DNA of 45,883 bases from an uncultured Acidimicrobium sp. (GTDB taxonomy: Bacteria > Actinomycetota > Acidimicrobiia > Acidimicrobiales > Ilumatobacteraceae), in NCBI GenBank assembly GCA_964571325.1, contig CAZNBF010000002.1:27079-72961 (forward strand). The letters are read 5' to 3'. Numbering within the stretch: the stretch's first letter is position 1; every line of letters starts with the position of its first letter. Of this stretch, positions 1 to 10,397 are shown piece after piece. The position numbers were made by a program, and so were the translations under genes. The notes beneath the pieces are model-generated. The model had not been told where the DNA came from, did no database searches, and worked only from the letters and a program-made list of their open reading frames with translations.

Positions 1-591
1 GCAGATTCGTTTGCCAACCGTCTGTCTCGAGCCTTCGGTGACGGTGAATTTGGCGAACAGCTCTCTGTCGGTATGCGCTTCGATTCGGCTGGTTTGGATA
101 GCAACCAGCAGGCAGGAATTCACGTTGAGGGGCTCGACCAGAGCATTGTTCGTCTGGCTAAGTGTTGTACTCCCGTGCCGGGCGACGAGATCATCGGTCT
201 ACTTGTCGCGGATCGCAGCGTTAATGTTCATCGTTCCGATTGTTCGACAGCGATCATGGCAATCTCCAATAATGTTGGACGGGTTGTTGATGTGGAGTGG
301 AGCGGCAACCTGAGGGGTGCCACCTTCGTAGCGGCAGTAGAGGTAGTGGCACTAGACCGCTCGCGCCTGCTGAGGGATGTGGCCAATGCCCTCAGCGAGG
401 AACACGTCAACATCGTTGCCTGCACGACCCAAACAGGACAGGATCGAGTGGCCAAGATGCGCTTCGAGTTCGAATTCGCCGACCCAAGCCATTTGCAGTC
501 AGTATTGCGAACAATCAAACGGATTGATTCTGTATATGACGCGTATCGTGTGATGTCGGGCGAGCATCCAGCGTCTAATCTTCCTGTGTGA
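1..591 (+). CDS. relA: RelA/SpoT-family (p)ppGpp synthetase/hydrolase, C-terminal part (5' end lies outside the window)
   Basis: Frame 1 is open from nt 1. The translation carries the conserved RLAKCCTPVPGDEIIG segment followed by an ACT-like C-terminal domain (VEVVALDRSRLLRDVANALSEEHVNI...RIDSVYDAYRV). Stop TGA at 589-591. Confidence 0.85.
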   Translation, partial: ADSFANRLSRAFGDGEFGEQLSVGMRFDSAGLDSNQQAGIHVEGLDQSIVRLAKCCTPVPGDEIIGLLVADRSVNVHRSDCSTAIMAISNNVGRVVDVEWSGNLRGATFVAAVEVVALDRSRLLRDVANALSEEHVNIVACTTQTGQDRVAKMRFEFEFADPSHLQSVLRTIKRIDSVYDAYRVMSGEHPASNLPV

Positions 592-1850
592 ATTCTTTTG
601 CGTCGAGCCCAGGTACGAGAGACATCCTCTCACCGGATTCATCGCGTTGGCGCCAGTTTCAATCCTCATTCGCCGAAGTTGTCGAGCGCGCTGGGTATCA
701 ATACATCATTCCGCCAATGTTCGAAGAGCTTGGTGTGTTTTTACGTCTTGGGGACTCCACCGAAGTCGTCACTAAGGAAATGTACGACTTCGAAGATAAG
801 GGCGGCCGTCGTATTGCCTTGCGCCCGGAACAGACGGCAAGCGTCTGTCGTGCTTTCGTAGAACACAGGCCAACCACCCCGTGGAAGGTCTGGTACGCAG
901 GCCCCAACTTTCGTTACGAGAAACCACAGCAAGGTCGGTATCGGCAGTTCGATCAGGTGGGGATAGAAGCATTAGGAGTTGATGATCCGATGCTCGACGC
1001 AGAGGTCATCTCGCTTGCAAGTCACTTTTACCAAAAACTTGGACTACAACATGTTCAGCTTTTCATCAACACGCTTGGTGATGAAGGTGATCGCGATAAG
1101 TACACAGAAGCACTTCGCCTGTATTTCACTGAGAACTCATCGCTGCTCAGCGCCGAATCGCGGGTAACGCTCGAAAAGAACCCTCTTCGAGTGCTGGACT
1201 CTAAGCGCCCTGAAGATCAGACGGTCATCAGCGGTGCTCCAACAATCCGGGATTATTTGAGCGATGGTGCGGCGGAGCACTTTAAGTCTGTTCTCGCGGC
1301 GCTTGATGCGATGAATATCAAGTACACATTGTCAGATCGGTTGGTTCGTGGCCTTGATTACTATCGGCGCACGACGTTCGAGTTTGTCAGCACCGCCCTC
1401 ACTGCTGCACACACTGCGATTGGCGGAGGTGGACGTTACGACGGATTGGTAGAGCAATTGGGGGGTCCGGCCACAGCTGGTATTGGTTTTGCAATAGGTC
1501 TTGATCGAACGTTGCTCGCTTGCGATGCCGAGAACGTCTTCGCCGCACCGAACACAGATGTTTCGGTTTTTGTCGTTGACACAGCAGGTGGTATTCATGC
1601 CGCAGAGTTGTGTCTCTTGCTGCGATCCAACGGGGTATCTGTCGATCGCGCTTTTGATAATCGCAGTATGAAGGCCCAGATGAAGGCAGCCGATCGAAGC
1701 GGTGCCGCAATCGCGGTGATTATTGGTTCTGACGAGGTTGAACAGGGAACGGTCGTCATTCGTCCGATGGGCGATGGACTGCAGTTCAGTTGCCCCAAGT
1801 CAGACGTATTGGAGACGATTCGATTGGAACTCCAGAAACTAGGCTCATAG
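588..1850 (+). CDS. hisS: Histidine--tRNA ligase
   Basis: 420 aa. Class II aaRS motifs RGLDYYRRTTFEF and GGGRYDGL are present. The GTG start overlaps the relA stop (GTGA). Confidence 0.95.
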   Translation: MNSFASSPGTRDILSPDSSRWRQFQSSFAEVVERAGYQYIIPPMFEELGVFLRLGDSTEVVTKEMYDFEDKGGRRIALRPEQTASVCRAFVEHRPTTPWKVWYAGPNFRYEKPQQGRYRQFDQVGIEALGVDDPMLDAEVISLASHFYQKLGLQHVQLFINTLGDEGDRDKYTEALRLYFTENSSLLSAESRVTLEKNPLRVLDSKRPEDQTVISGAPTIRDYLSDGAAEHFKSVLAALDAMNIKYTLSDRLVRGLDYYRRTTFEFVSTALTAAHTAIGGGGRYDGLVEQLGGPATAGIGFAIGLDRTLLACDAENVFAAPNTDVSVFVVDTAGGIHAAELCLLLRSNGVSVDRAFDNRSMKAQMKAADRSGAAIAVIIGSDEVEQGTVVIRPMGDGLQFSCPKSDVLETIRLELQKLGS

Positions 1851-1854
1851 GTTC

Positions 1855-3642
1855 ATGTCTACACAACAGAACCGCAGTATTGAATCCACGTCGCTACGAA
1901 CTCATCTATGCGCCAATTTGCGTGCAACCGATGTTGGCTCGACGGTAACGGTGTGCGGCTGGGTGGCCCGTCGTCGTGAGCATGGCGAACATCTTGCGTT
2001 CCTTGATGTCCGTGACTATTCGGGAATAGTTCAGTGTGTGGTTGACAATGCTGTTGATGTGCGCAGCGAATGGGTTGTTCAAATCACCGGAAAGGTCCAA
2101 CCGAGACCAGACGGTACTGTCAACAAGAATTTGTCCACAGGAGAAATTGAACTTTCGGACTGCACCATCACCGTGCTTAATGCGGCGGAACCGCCACCTT
2201 TCCCGATCGATGCCCGCGCGGATGACGTAGATGAAAATGTGCGTTTGAAGTATCGCTACCTCGATATTCGTCGCGAGCGGATGCAACGAAATCTCCGCAT
2301 TAGATCAAAAGTTAACTCGGCCATCCGCGGAGCAATGGAAGCTCAGCAGTTCGTAGAAGTCGAGACACCCTTCCTTATGCCCAGCACACCAGAGGGCGCC
2401 CGCGAATTTCTCGTCCCTTCACGGAAAGAGCCTGGCTCGTTCTACGCGCTTCCGCAGTCACCGCAGTTGTGGAAGCAATTGTTGATGGTTGCCGGCATCG
2501 ATCGTTATTACCAGATCGCTCGTTGCTTGCGTGATGAAGACTTGCGAGCCGACAGGCAGTACGAATTCATGCAACTCGATGCGGAAATGAGTTTTGTAAC
2601 AAAGGACGATGTTTTGGCTGCCATCAGCAAAGCAGTTGTTGCTGCGGCCGAAGCAGTTCTTGGCGAAACCCCACCACCAATCGAACAAATAACCTGGCGC
2701 GACGCAATGAATAGGTTCGGTGTTGACAAACCAGATATGCGATTCGGCATGGAACTTGTCGAGCTTACGGCGGTCTTTTCGACTACCGAGTTCAAGGCGT
2801 TCTCGTCAGCGGCTTGCATCAAAGGGATCAGGGTCGATGCGTCGGTCTATCCCGAACAGGCGGCTTTCGGTCGAAACAAGCTTGATGCGCTGACTGATCG
2901 CGCAAAGCAAATTGGAGCTAAGGGCCTCGTCTGGATGAAGGTTGGCGAGGGGCGTGCTCTTGATTCTCCGGTTGCAAAGTTCTTGTCCGACTCCGAACGG
3001 TCATCGTTGGTTTCGGCAATGGGTGCAAAAGAAGGAGATTTGCTGTTACTCGTGGCCGACGAGTGGGCAACAACCTGCGAGGTGCTTGGAACACTGCGTA
3101 ACGATCTCGCACGACCTCCTGTTCATGAGGGGCCATACAAATACGTCTGGGTTATTGATTTCCCACTATTCGTTGGGGTCAACGCCACTACGGGTAAGCC
3201 CCAGCCAGGGCATCACCCGTTTTGCCAGCCGCACCCAGACGACATCGAGCGACTTGAATCTGATCCAATGACCGTTCGTGCGCTTGCGTACGACTTGGTT
3301 CTCAATGGCTGGGAATTGGGTTCGGGTTCCATTCGAATTCACGATCCCGAGATGCAACGTCGAGTTTTCCGACAGCTTGGTATTTCTGATGAGGATGCTG
3401 ATAAGCGATTTGGTTTCTTCTTGCAGCCGTTTAAGTACGGCGCTCCACCTCATGGCGGTTTCGCCTTTGGCACCGACCGGCTGGTTGCGATTTTGGCAGG
3501 CGAAGAAAATATTCGTGAAGTAATTGCGTTTCCAAAGACCCAGTCGGGGAGCGACCCAATGACTAACGCTCCTACACCTGTTAACCCCGCACAACTAAAC
3601 GAATTGGGTATTCGTCTCTTGCCTCCACCGGCCAAGAGCTAA
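1855..3642 (+). CDS. aspS: Aspartate--tRNA ligase
   Basis: 595 aa. Contains FYALPQSPQLWKQLLMV and ARCLRDEDLRADRQYEFMQLD, and a C-terminal GGFAFGTDRL motif typical of bacterial AspRS. Confidence 0.95.
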   Translation: MSTQQNRSIESTSLRTHLCANLRATDVGSTVTVCGWVARRREHGEHLAFLDVRDYSGIVQCVVDNAVDVRSEWVVQITGKVQPRPDGTVNKNLSTGEIELSDCTITVLNAAEPPPFPIDARADDVDENVRLKYRYLDIRRERMQRNLRIRSKVNSAIRGAMEAQQFVEVETPFLMPSTPEGAREFLVPSRKEPGSFYALPQSPQLWKQLLMVAGIDRYYQIARCLRDEDLRADRQYEFMQLDAEMSFVTKDDVLAAISKAVVAAAEAVLGETPPPIEQITWRDAMNRFGVDKPDMRFGMELVELTAVFSTTEFKAFSSAACIKGIRVDASVYPEQAAFGRNKLDALTDRAKQIGAKGLVWMKVGEGRALDSPVAKFLSDSERSSLVSAMGAKEGDLLLLVADEWATTCEVLGTLRNDLARPPVHEGPYKYVWVIDFPLFVGVNATTGKPQPGHHPFCQPHPDDIERLESDPMTVRALAYDLVLNGWELGSGSIRIHDPEMQRRVFRQLGISDEDADKRFGFFLQPFKYGAPPHGGFAFGTDRLVAILAGEENIREVIAFPKTQSGSDPMTNAPTPVNPAQLNELGIRLLPPPAKS

Positions 3643-3656
3643 TTCGGACAAACGGT

Positions 3657-4910
3657 GTGAATCACGCCGATGACCTTTTCTCTTCTGCGGTAGCGGAACG
3701 ATTGCGTTCGCAGTCTCCGCTGGCGGCTCGGCTTCGGCCGAGGTCATTGGACGAAATTGTCGGACAACAACACCTTGTCGCGGTTGGCGCACCATTGCGC
3801 GTATTGATCGAAGCCGATCGTTTGTCGTCAGTCATCTTGTGGGGCCCACCGGGGACCGGCAAGACAACTTTGGCCGAAGTGGTCGCGGCTACAACACATC
3901 GCTCTTTCGAACGTCTGTCTGCTGTCACATCGGGAGTCAAGGATGTACGTGAAGCAATTGAGCGTGCGACTGATCGCTTGGGCCAACACGGTCGATCAAC
4001 AATTGTATTTGTCGACGAGATTCATCGTTTCTCCACTTCGCAGCAAGATGCTCTACTTCCGTCGGTTGAAAGCGGTGTGATCACCCTCATAGGGGCAACA
4101 ACAGAGAATCCATTCTTCGAGGTCAATGCGCCTTTGCGCAGTCGGTCAACTCTCTTCAGGCTCGAACCGTTGACGGTGGGAGATATCACGCAATTGTTGT
4201 TGCGCGGTCTGAAAGCAGAGGGCCTGACAATTCAAGATGACGCACTTGCTTTGTTGGCGCAGCGATCCGGCGGCGACGGTCGGCAAAGCCTCACGGCGTT
4301 GGAAGTTGCATGTGCTTTGGCCCGACCAAACCCTGTTTCCATCGAACACGTTGAGGCGGCGCTTGGCACTAGCGCACTGAAGTACGGACGCGATGATCAC
4401 TACGACGTGATATCGGCGTTCATAAAAAGTATGCGTGCAAGCAACGTAGACGCATCCGTTTTCTGGCTTGCTCGTTTGCTCGAATCTGGGGATGACCCAT
4501 CGTTTATCGCACGACGGATGATCATTTTTGCAAGTGAGGACATCGGTATGGCCGACCCTCAGGCTCTTGTCGTCGCAGTCGCTGCATCCCAAGCCCTCCA
4601 TGCAGTTGGGCTTCCAGAGGCCCAACTCAACTTGGCGCAGGGGGCCGTGTATCTTGCCCGCGCACCCAAAGGTAATCAGGTGGCTCAAGCGATTTGGACT
4701 GCCCGCGAAGATGTACGTAACGGCGCGGATGTCGAAGTTCCTGCGCACCTTCGAGACTCCCATTATTCGGGGGCAAGCGAATTGGGTCATGGGGTCGGCT
4801 ACCAATCGCCGCACAATGACCATGCAGAAGTGGAAAAGGTGGAACAGGACTACCTTCCTGCGCAAACTGAAGGACGCGCAGCCAGGCGCTCGCCCTATTA
4901 CCGGGGTTAA
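3657..4910 (+). CDS. rarA: Replication-associated recombination protein A (MgsA/RarA AAA+ ATPase)
   Basis: 417 aa. Walker A GPPGTGKTTLA and Walker B VFVDEIHRF are present, with an MgsA C-terminal domain (FWLARLLESGDDPSFIARRM). GTG start. Confidence 0.9.
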   Translation: MNHADDLFSSAVAERLRSQSPLAARLRPRSLDEIVGQQHLVAVGAPLRVLIEADRLSSVILWGPPGTGKTTLAEVVAATTHRSFERLSAVTSGVKDVREAIERATDRLGQHGRSTIVFVDEIHRFSTSQQDALLPSVESGVITLIGATTENPFFEVNAPLRSRSTLFRLEPLTVGDITQLLLRGLKAEGLTIQDDALALLAQRSGGDGRQSLTALEVACALARPNPVSIEHVEAALGTSALKYGRDDHYDVISAFIKSMRASNVDASVFWLARLLESGDDPSFIARRMIIFASEDIGMADPQALVVAVAASQALHAVGLPEAQLNLAQGAVYLARAPKGNQVAQAIWTAREDVRNGADVEVPAHLRDSHYSGASELGHGVGYQSPHNDHAEVEKVEQDYLPAQTEGRAARRSPYYRG

Positions 4911-4945
4911 CCCCTTGCTACCGAGATGAAAGAAGGAAGTAGATC

Positions 4946-5197
4946 ATGATGAAAAGACTGTTTTGGTTTGTTCTCGGTGCTGCCGCGGGAATCTTTGGTC
5001 TTCGCTACGTCAAGGAAAAAGCGCGCGATGCCGCGGATCAACTGACGCCGACACAGATTGCATCCGACATCTTCGATGGTGCTGTCAAATTGGTTAACCA
5101 AGGAATTGAAATTGTTCGCAATTTGCGTTCCGACGATGCTGAGACTTCAACATCAGAATCAGACGTGTTGTTCAGCCAAGATCCAAACTCCCGATAA
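4946..5197 (+). CDS. Small hypothetical protein with an N-terminal transmembrane helix
   Basis: 83 aa ORF preceded by the SD-like GAAGGAAG. The hydrophobic N-terminus is LFWFVLGAAAGIFGL. I recognise no family. Confidence 0.5.
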   Translation: MMKRLFWFVLGAAAGIFGLRYVKEKARDAADQLTPTQIASDIFDGAVKLVNQGIEIVRNLRSDDAETSTSESDVLFSQDPNSR

Positions 5198-5240
5198 ATA
5201 AGGCGAGCTTGCTCAATTCCATATAACTAGACTGAGTTCA

Positions 5241-7871
5241 ATGTCCGGAATTCGTCCCGCTATACACAGCGCAAATGATTTGCGTAAGGCCTTTGAGGGT
5301 TTTTTTGCGTCTAAGGCGCACACGGTGGTTCCGTCGGCAAGTCTTATTCCACATGATCCAACGGTGTTGTTCACTGTTGCAGGAATGGTGCCATTTAAAC
5401 CCTATTTTGTCGGCGATGAGGCAGCACCGTTCAAGCGTGCGGTCACCGTTCAGAAATGTACGCGTGCTGGCGGAAAGCACAACGACCTTGATGAGGTAGG
5501 GCGCACAAAACGTCATCTCGTTTTCTTTGAGATGATGGGAAATTTCAGTTTTGGCGATTACTTCAAAAGTGATGCCATTCCATGGGCCTGGGAATTAGTT
5601 ACAGAGGTCTTCGGTTTCGATGGCGATCGACTGTGGATCACGGTTCACGAGAGTGACGACGAAGCCGAACAGATTTGGCACGAAGTGGTAGGCGTCCCGA
5701 TGAATCGAATTCAACGGCTCGGAGACGAAGATAATTTCTGGCAAATGGGAGACGCTGGTCCATGTGGACCGTGCTCCGAGATCCATATTGATCGCGGTCC
5801 GGCTTTTGGGCCGGAGGGCGGCCCACTCCACGATCCACACGGTGATCGGTACATGGAGTTCTGGAACTTGGTGTTCATGCAATACAACCAATCGAAGGAT
5901 GGGAGTCGCACTCCACTTCCAAAGCCGTCGATCGACACCGGTGCTGGTTTAGAGCGGATACTTGCGCTGATGCAAGGAACAGACTCCGTATGGGAAACAG
6001 ACGTGCTCTTTCCGATGATCGAAAGTGCGCAGTCGCTGACATCAAAGAAGTACAAGATCGGTGATTACGACGATCGCGATAGTTTCAGTCTTCGTGTTCT
6101 TGCCGAACATGCTCGTTCGTCAATGATGTTGGTGAACGACGGCGTTTTTCCCTCCAATGAAAATCGTGGATATGTACTCCGTCGAATTATCAGGCGCGCT
6201 GTTCGACACGCATATCTGTTGGGTACGGAGAAGTTGGTTATGCCAACGCTCGCCGAAACCGCCATCTCAGTTATGTCGGGCGCTTATCCCGACCTCCTGA
6301 CAAATAAGGACTTTATTGTCAACGTCCTCTCGCGCGAAGAGGAGCGTTTCCGACAGACTCTGAAGACTGGGCTCACAATTTTGGAAAGCGAACTCTCTAC
6401 GGGCGCCAAAACGATGAGTGGCACCACGGCCTTTACCTTGCATGACACTTATGGCTTCCCAATCGAATTAACCCAAGAAATTGCAGGCGAGAGAAGCGTC
6501 CTGGTCGATGTCGCGGGATTTGGCAAAGAAATGCAAGAGCAACGCGATCGTGCAAAGAGCGCACGCAAGGGCTCCTCGGTAAGCGCTGCCACTGTGGATT
6601 CGTATCGCGAAGTTATGGAGCAGTTCGGTACCACCAATTTTGTTGGGTATGTGAGCAACCAGTGCGAAGCAACTGTGCTAGCCGTATTGCAAAATGTAGA
6701 AGCAGGACCGAACATCGTTGAAGTGTTCCTTGACGTTTCGCCTTTCTATGCCGAGAGCGGTGGACAGGTCGGTGATACAGGAACCATTCGAACGGAGAGT
6801 GGTGAACTTCAGGTTCTCGACACAACGTTCGCATTGCCGGGCTTGCGTCGTCATACATGTTCTGTCGTGAGCGGTTCAGTCGAGGTTGGCCAAAGTGCAA
6901 AGGCATCAATCAATGTGGTAGCTCGGGATGCAACTCGTCGCAATCACACCGCTACGCACATGTTGCATTGGGCGCTACGTCAAGTCTTGGGCGATCATGT
7001 CAAACAGGCAGGCTCGCATGTGTCGCCGGAGCGGTTGCGGTTTGACTTCAGTCATTACGCACCTGTCAGCGCCAGCGAGATAGAAGAGATAGAGCGATTG
7101 ACGAACGGACAGTTAATTGCCAACGATCCCGTACGCGCCTACGAAACCTCAAAAGACGAGGCAACGGCGGCGGGCGCGATCGCATTCTTTGGTGACAAGT
7201 ACGGCGACATTGTTCGTGTCTTGGAAGCGGGCGTTTCAGTCGAACTTTGTGGCGGTACTCATGTCGGAGCTTTGGGTGACATCGGCATGGTCAAGGTTGT
7301 TGCTGAGTCTTCCATCGGTTCTAACCTCCGACGAATCGAAGCGGTGACAGGTACGAATGCTGTCGAATATGTACTTTCTCATCACCGCACGATTTCTGCT
7401 GCAGCCTCGCTGCTCGGGGCTCAGCCATCCGAATTGGTTGCAGCAATCCAGAGAAAGATTGAAGAGAACAAATCTTTGGGAGATGAACTGAAGGCTTTGA
7501 GATCTGCGCAAGCAACTTCACGGGCATCAGAGATGGTTGCATCCGCAGAAGGCGGTGTCGTTGTCTCTCGGGTAGATGGCGTTTCGCCCAATGACTTGAG
7601 GGAACTTGCTTTAGCAATTCGGCAAAACTCAACGATCAAAGTTGTTGTGTTGGGCGGTGTTACCGATACGGGTGGGGTTGCTCTCGTTGCAACGGTTTCA
7701 TCTGCAGTGTCTGTGGCGGCTGGTGAACTCATTCGTGATGCCGCTAAGGCGGTAGGTGGTGGTGGAGGCGGAAAAGGTGATATTGCTACTGCTGGTGGCA
7801 AGGATCCTTCAGCCATTGATGCCGCGCTCCAGCTTGCGCGCTCTGCTGTCACGAAGGTGCTTTCTACATAG
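5241..7871 (+). CDS. alaS: Alanine--tRNA ligase
   Basis: 876 aa. The N-terminal catalytic core includes FFEMMGNFSFGDYFK. An editing-domain HxxxH motif (NHTATHMLHWAL) and a Gly-rich C-terminal GGGGGGKGD segment are present. Confidence 0.97.
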   Translation: MSGIRPAIHSANDLRKAFEGFFASKAHTVVPSASLIPHDPTVLFTVAGMVPFKPYFVGDEAAPFKRAVTVQKCTRAGGKHNDLDEVGRTKRHLVFFEMMGNFSFGDYFKSDAIPWAWELVTEVFGFDGDRLWITVHESDDEAEQIWHEVVGVPMNRIQRLGDEDNFWQMGDAGPCGPCSEIHIDRGPAFGPEGGPLHDPHGDRYMEFWNLVFMQYNQSKDGSRTPLPKPSIDTGAGLERILALMQGTDSVWETDVLFPMIESAQSLTSKKYKIGDYDDRDSFSLRVLAEHARSSMMLVNDGVFPSNENRGYVLRRIIRRAVRHAYLLGTEKLVMPTLAETAISVMSGAYPDLLTNKDFIVNVLSREEERFRQTLKTGLTILESELSTGAKTMSGTTAFTLHDTYGFPIELTQEIAGERSVLVDVAGFGKEMQEQRDRAKSARKGSSVSAATVDSYREVMEQFGTTNFVGYVSNQCEATVLAVLQNVEAGPNIVEVFLDVSPFYAESGGQVGDTGTIRTESGELQVLDTTFALPGLRRHTCSVVSGSVEVGQSAKASINVVARDATRRNHTATHMLHWALRQVLGDHVKQAGSHVSPERLRFDFSHYAPVSASEIEEIERLTNGQLIANDPVRAYETSKDEATAAGAIAFFGDKYGDIVRVLEAGVSVELCGGTHVGALGDIGMVKVVAESSIGSNLRRIEAVTGTNAVEYVLSHHRTISAAASLLGAQPSELVAAIQRKIEENKSLGDELKALRSAQATSRASEMVASAEGGVVVSRVDGVSPNDLRELALAIRQNSTIKVVVLGGVTDTGGVALVATVSSAVSVAAGELIRDAAKAVGGGGGGKGDIATAGGKDPSAIDAALQLARSAVTKVLST

Positions 7872-7872
7872 C

Positions 7873-8313
7873 ATGCGAGCAGTTGGCGTCGACTTGGGAA
7901 GCAAACGAATCGGAATATCAACCAGCGACGCCAGTGGCACTCTTGCGTCTCCGCATTCGGTGATTCACCGGGGTGGAGCTCGTTCGGCAGACCATCATGC
8001 AATCAAGGCAGTAGTGGAAGAGTACGAAGCTGAAGTTGTGGTGATCGGTCTTCCCGTCAGCATGAATGGTGAAATGTTGCAAGCTGCTCAACTAGTTCTT
8101 TCCGAAGTAGAACAGATTTCACAGATTGTTGGAGTTCCTGTCGTTACGTTTGACGAACGTAAGTCCACCGTCACGGCCGACGAGCTTTTGATGCAGAATG
8201 AAATGAATGCGCAGGAACGCCGAAAGATAATTGACAAGGTCGCAGCAGCGGTAATTCTTCAAGGTTGGTTGGATCGTCGCAAAGAGCAAATGGCGCAAGG
8301 TCAGGCTCAATGA
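7873..8313 (+). CDS. ruvX: YqgF/RuvX putative pre-16S rRNA nuclease (Holliday junction resolvase-like)
   Basis: The internal ATG at 7873 gives MRAVGVDLGSKRIGIS, the typical YqgF N-terminus. That start lies 1 nt after the alaS stop. The longer ORF from 7756 would overlap alaS. Confidence 0.85.
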   Translation: MRAVGVDLGSKRIGISTSDASGTLASPHSVIHRGGARSADHHAIKAVVEEYEAEVVVIGLPVSMNGEMLQAAQLVLSEVEQISQIVGVPVVTFDERKSTVTADELLMQNEMNAQERRKIIDKVAAAVILQGWLDRRKEQMAQGQAQ

Positions 8314-9512
8314 TTGATCCGCTTTTGAGAAAGAAGAAGGATCACACTGAACTCGCTGAATCCTGGAGCGATGATCCGTGGGATCTTCCTTCGGCTCTTG
8401 GCAAGGCGATGGATGTCGAATCAGATGTTGTTAAGGCCGAGCTACGGCATTTCTCCAGGCCGCTTGGTTTGGCGGTATTCATCGTGGCAGCGGTCTCCTT
8501 GCTATTCGGCGCGGTTGGTCTGTGGTACTTGCACGAAGTAAATCCTTCTGGTGGTACGGGGATAGAAGCCACGTTTACGGTGAATGAAGGCGACAGCATC
8601 GCGACAATCAGTGGACGCTTGCGAGACGAAGGTTTCATCACTAACGCATCAGTCTTTCGCTGGTACGTCGCTCGAAAGGGTGGCGTAGACCTTGTTCCTG
8701 GTTACTACCAGATCACACCAAAGTCGCACATGGGCGACATCATGGCTCGCCTTAAGGTGCCGCCATCGGCAACGTTTACAAAGGTCACGTTTCCGGAAGG
8801 CTTCGTCATCACACAGATGGCTGAACGACTCGCAGAAAAGACGAAGCGCCTGAGCGCCGAGCAATTCATCGCTTCAGCAAACGACCCCAACATCGTGTCT
8901 CAATATCGGCCACCGGCAGTGAGCACGTTGGAGGGTTTACTCTTTCCCGACACCTACCAAGTTTCCGGCGACGAAAATGAGGCTCAAGTTGTTCAGCGAA
9001 TGGTTGCGTTACTTGAACGAGTAGCAAGACAGGTAGGTCTTGACGACTCTCAAAAATTAGTAGGAGTCAGTCCGTATCGTGCGCTTATCGTTGCGTCGAT
9101 GATTGAACGTGAAGCCAAGGTGGGTGATGACCGGGCAAAGATTGCGAGGGTCATTTATAACCGACTTGAAATCGGAATGAAACTGCAGATCGACGCAACT
9201 CTCTACTACAACGCGCCGGCCGATGCTTCGTTCACTGATTTGAAAGCATTGGATACGCCATACAACACCTATCTATACAAAGGTCTGCCGCCAACACCCA
9301 TCGCTAGCCCTGGTCGAGCTTCAATTGAAGCTGCGCTGAATCCGGCGCCTAATCCATCTAGCGGCGACCCAATCTGCGCTGGTGCTCCGAAGCCATGTCG
9401 TTACCTTTATTACGTGTTGTCCGATGCAGACGGTGGTCATGCGTTTGCCGCAACACTTGCTCAGCACGAAGCGAATGTTGCCACGGCAAAAGCAGCAGGT
9501 TTGTTGCCGTGA
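8310..9512 (+). CDS. mltG: Endolytic murein transglycosylase MltG (YceG-like)
   Basis: One transmembrane segment followed by a YceG domain (VASMIEREAKV, PYNTYLYKGLPPTPIASPG). I chose the ATG at 8310, which forms an ATGA overlap with the ruvX stop. The ORF track starts at 8265. Confidence 0.85.
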   Translation: MIDPLLRKKKDHTELAESWSDDPWDLPSALGKAMDVESDVVKAELRHFSRPLGLAVFIVAAVSLLFGAVGLWYLHEVNPSGGTGIEATFTVNEGDSIATISGRLRDEGFITNASVFRWYVARKGGVDLVPGYYQITPKSHMGDIMARLKVPPSATFTKVTFPEGFVITQMAERLAEKTKRLSAEQFIASANDPNIVSQYRPPAVSTLEGLLFPDTYQVSGDENEAQVVQRMVALLERVARQVGLDDSQKLVGVSPYRALIVASMIEREAKVGDDRAKIARVIYNRLEIGMKLQIDATLYYNAPADASFTDLKALDTPYNTYLYKGLPPTPIASPGRASIEAALNPAPNPSSGDPICAGAPKPCRYLYYVLSDADGGHAFAATLAQHEANVATAKAAGLLP

Positions 9513-10360
9513 ACATGTTCGGCACTAATAAGAATGTCAAGGCGGCTGTGGTTGGGCATCCAATTGCGCAGAGCCTTTCGCCTGCAATGCACAACGCAGT
9601 ATTCCAGCATCAGAATTTGCACTCAACGTATGTAGCGGTCGATGTAACCGCCGCGAACTTTGCCGAAATGCTCAATGATGCTCGAGCGTGTGGATTGCGC
9701 GGCCTTTCTGTAACGATGCCACATAAAGAAATTGCATTTGCTTCAATGGACAAATGCGACGTCCGTGCTCTTGACGCTCAATCTGTCAATACCGTTGTGT
9801 TTGAAGATAACGGACAAATGTTTGGCACGAATACCGACGGCGACGGGGCATGCGCCGCGTTGGTGGATGGAGGAGCGGTGCTGCAGGGTGCGCGTTGTGT
9901 AATTTTGGGCGCTGGCGCAACGGCTCGGAGCATTATTCGTTCGCTTGCTCGAAGTGGTGCAGTCGACATTGCCGTAGTGAATCGATCTCCCGAGAACGCA
10001 CGGAGTGCGGCAACTCTGGTTACGCAAGCTCGGATAGGAAGTTTTGATGACGTTGCCTCTGCGTCGGTCTTGATCAATGCGACTTCGGTTGGGATGGGGA
10101 GTAACGAGAGTCCGATTCTCCCGAGCTGTTTACATGCAGGGCTTACGGTTCTTGACGTGGTCTACTTTCCGTTGGAAACAACTTTCCTGCGCGAAGCTCG
10201 TCAGGCGGGTGCCACCGCGGTAGACGGGCTGGAAATGCTGGTTCAGCAGGCCGCATTGCAGCAATTGGCTTGGTTCGGCAAAATGCCAGATGTTGGGGTG
10301 ATGCGAAACGCCGCGCTCGAAGAATTGCGCAGGCGTTCGCATTTGGGTGGCAATAAATAG
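9509..10360 (+). CDS. aroE: Shikimate dehydrogenase
   Basis: Contains VVGHPIAQSLSPAMHNA, an NTDG motif and a GAGATARS Rossmann loop. The start is either GTG 9509 (GTGA overlap with the mltG stop) or ATG 9515. The upstream part of the tracked ORF overlaps mltG. Confidence 0.85.
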   Translation: MNMFGTNKNVKAAVVGHPIAQSLSPAMHNAVFQHQNLHSTYVAVDVTAANFAEMLNDARACGLRGLSVTMPHKEIAFASMDKCDVRALDAQSVNTVVFEDNGQMFGTNTDGDGACAALVDGGAVLQGARCVILGAGATARSIIRSLARSGAVDIAVVNRSPENARSAATLVTQARIGSFDDVASASVLINATSVGMGSNESPILPSCLHAGLTVLDVVYFPLETTFLREARQAGATAVDGLEMLVQQAALQQLAWFGKMPDVGVMRNAALEELRRRSHLGGNK

Positions 10361-10385
10361 ACCAAGGTCGGCTATTGGCGAGCGG

Positions 10386-10391
10386 TAGCCT
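10386..10391 (+). promoter_or_regulatory. -10-like hexamer TAGCCT exactly 6 nt upstream of the aroC ATG (possible leaderless promoter)
   Basis: The hexamer matches TANNNT. There is no purine-rich SD between it and ATG 10398. Confidence 0.3.
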
Positions 10392-10397
10392 GTACGC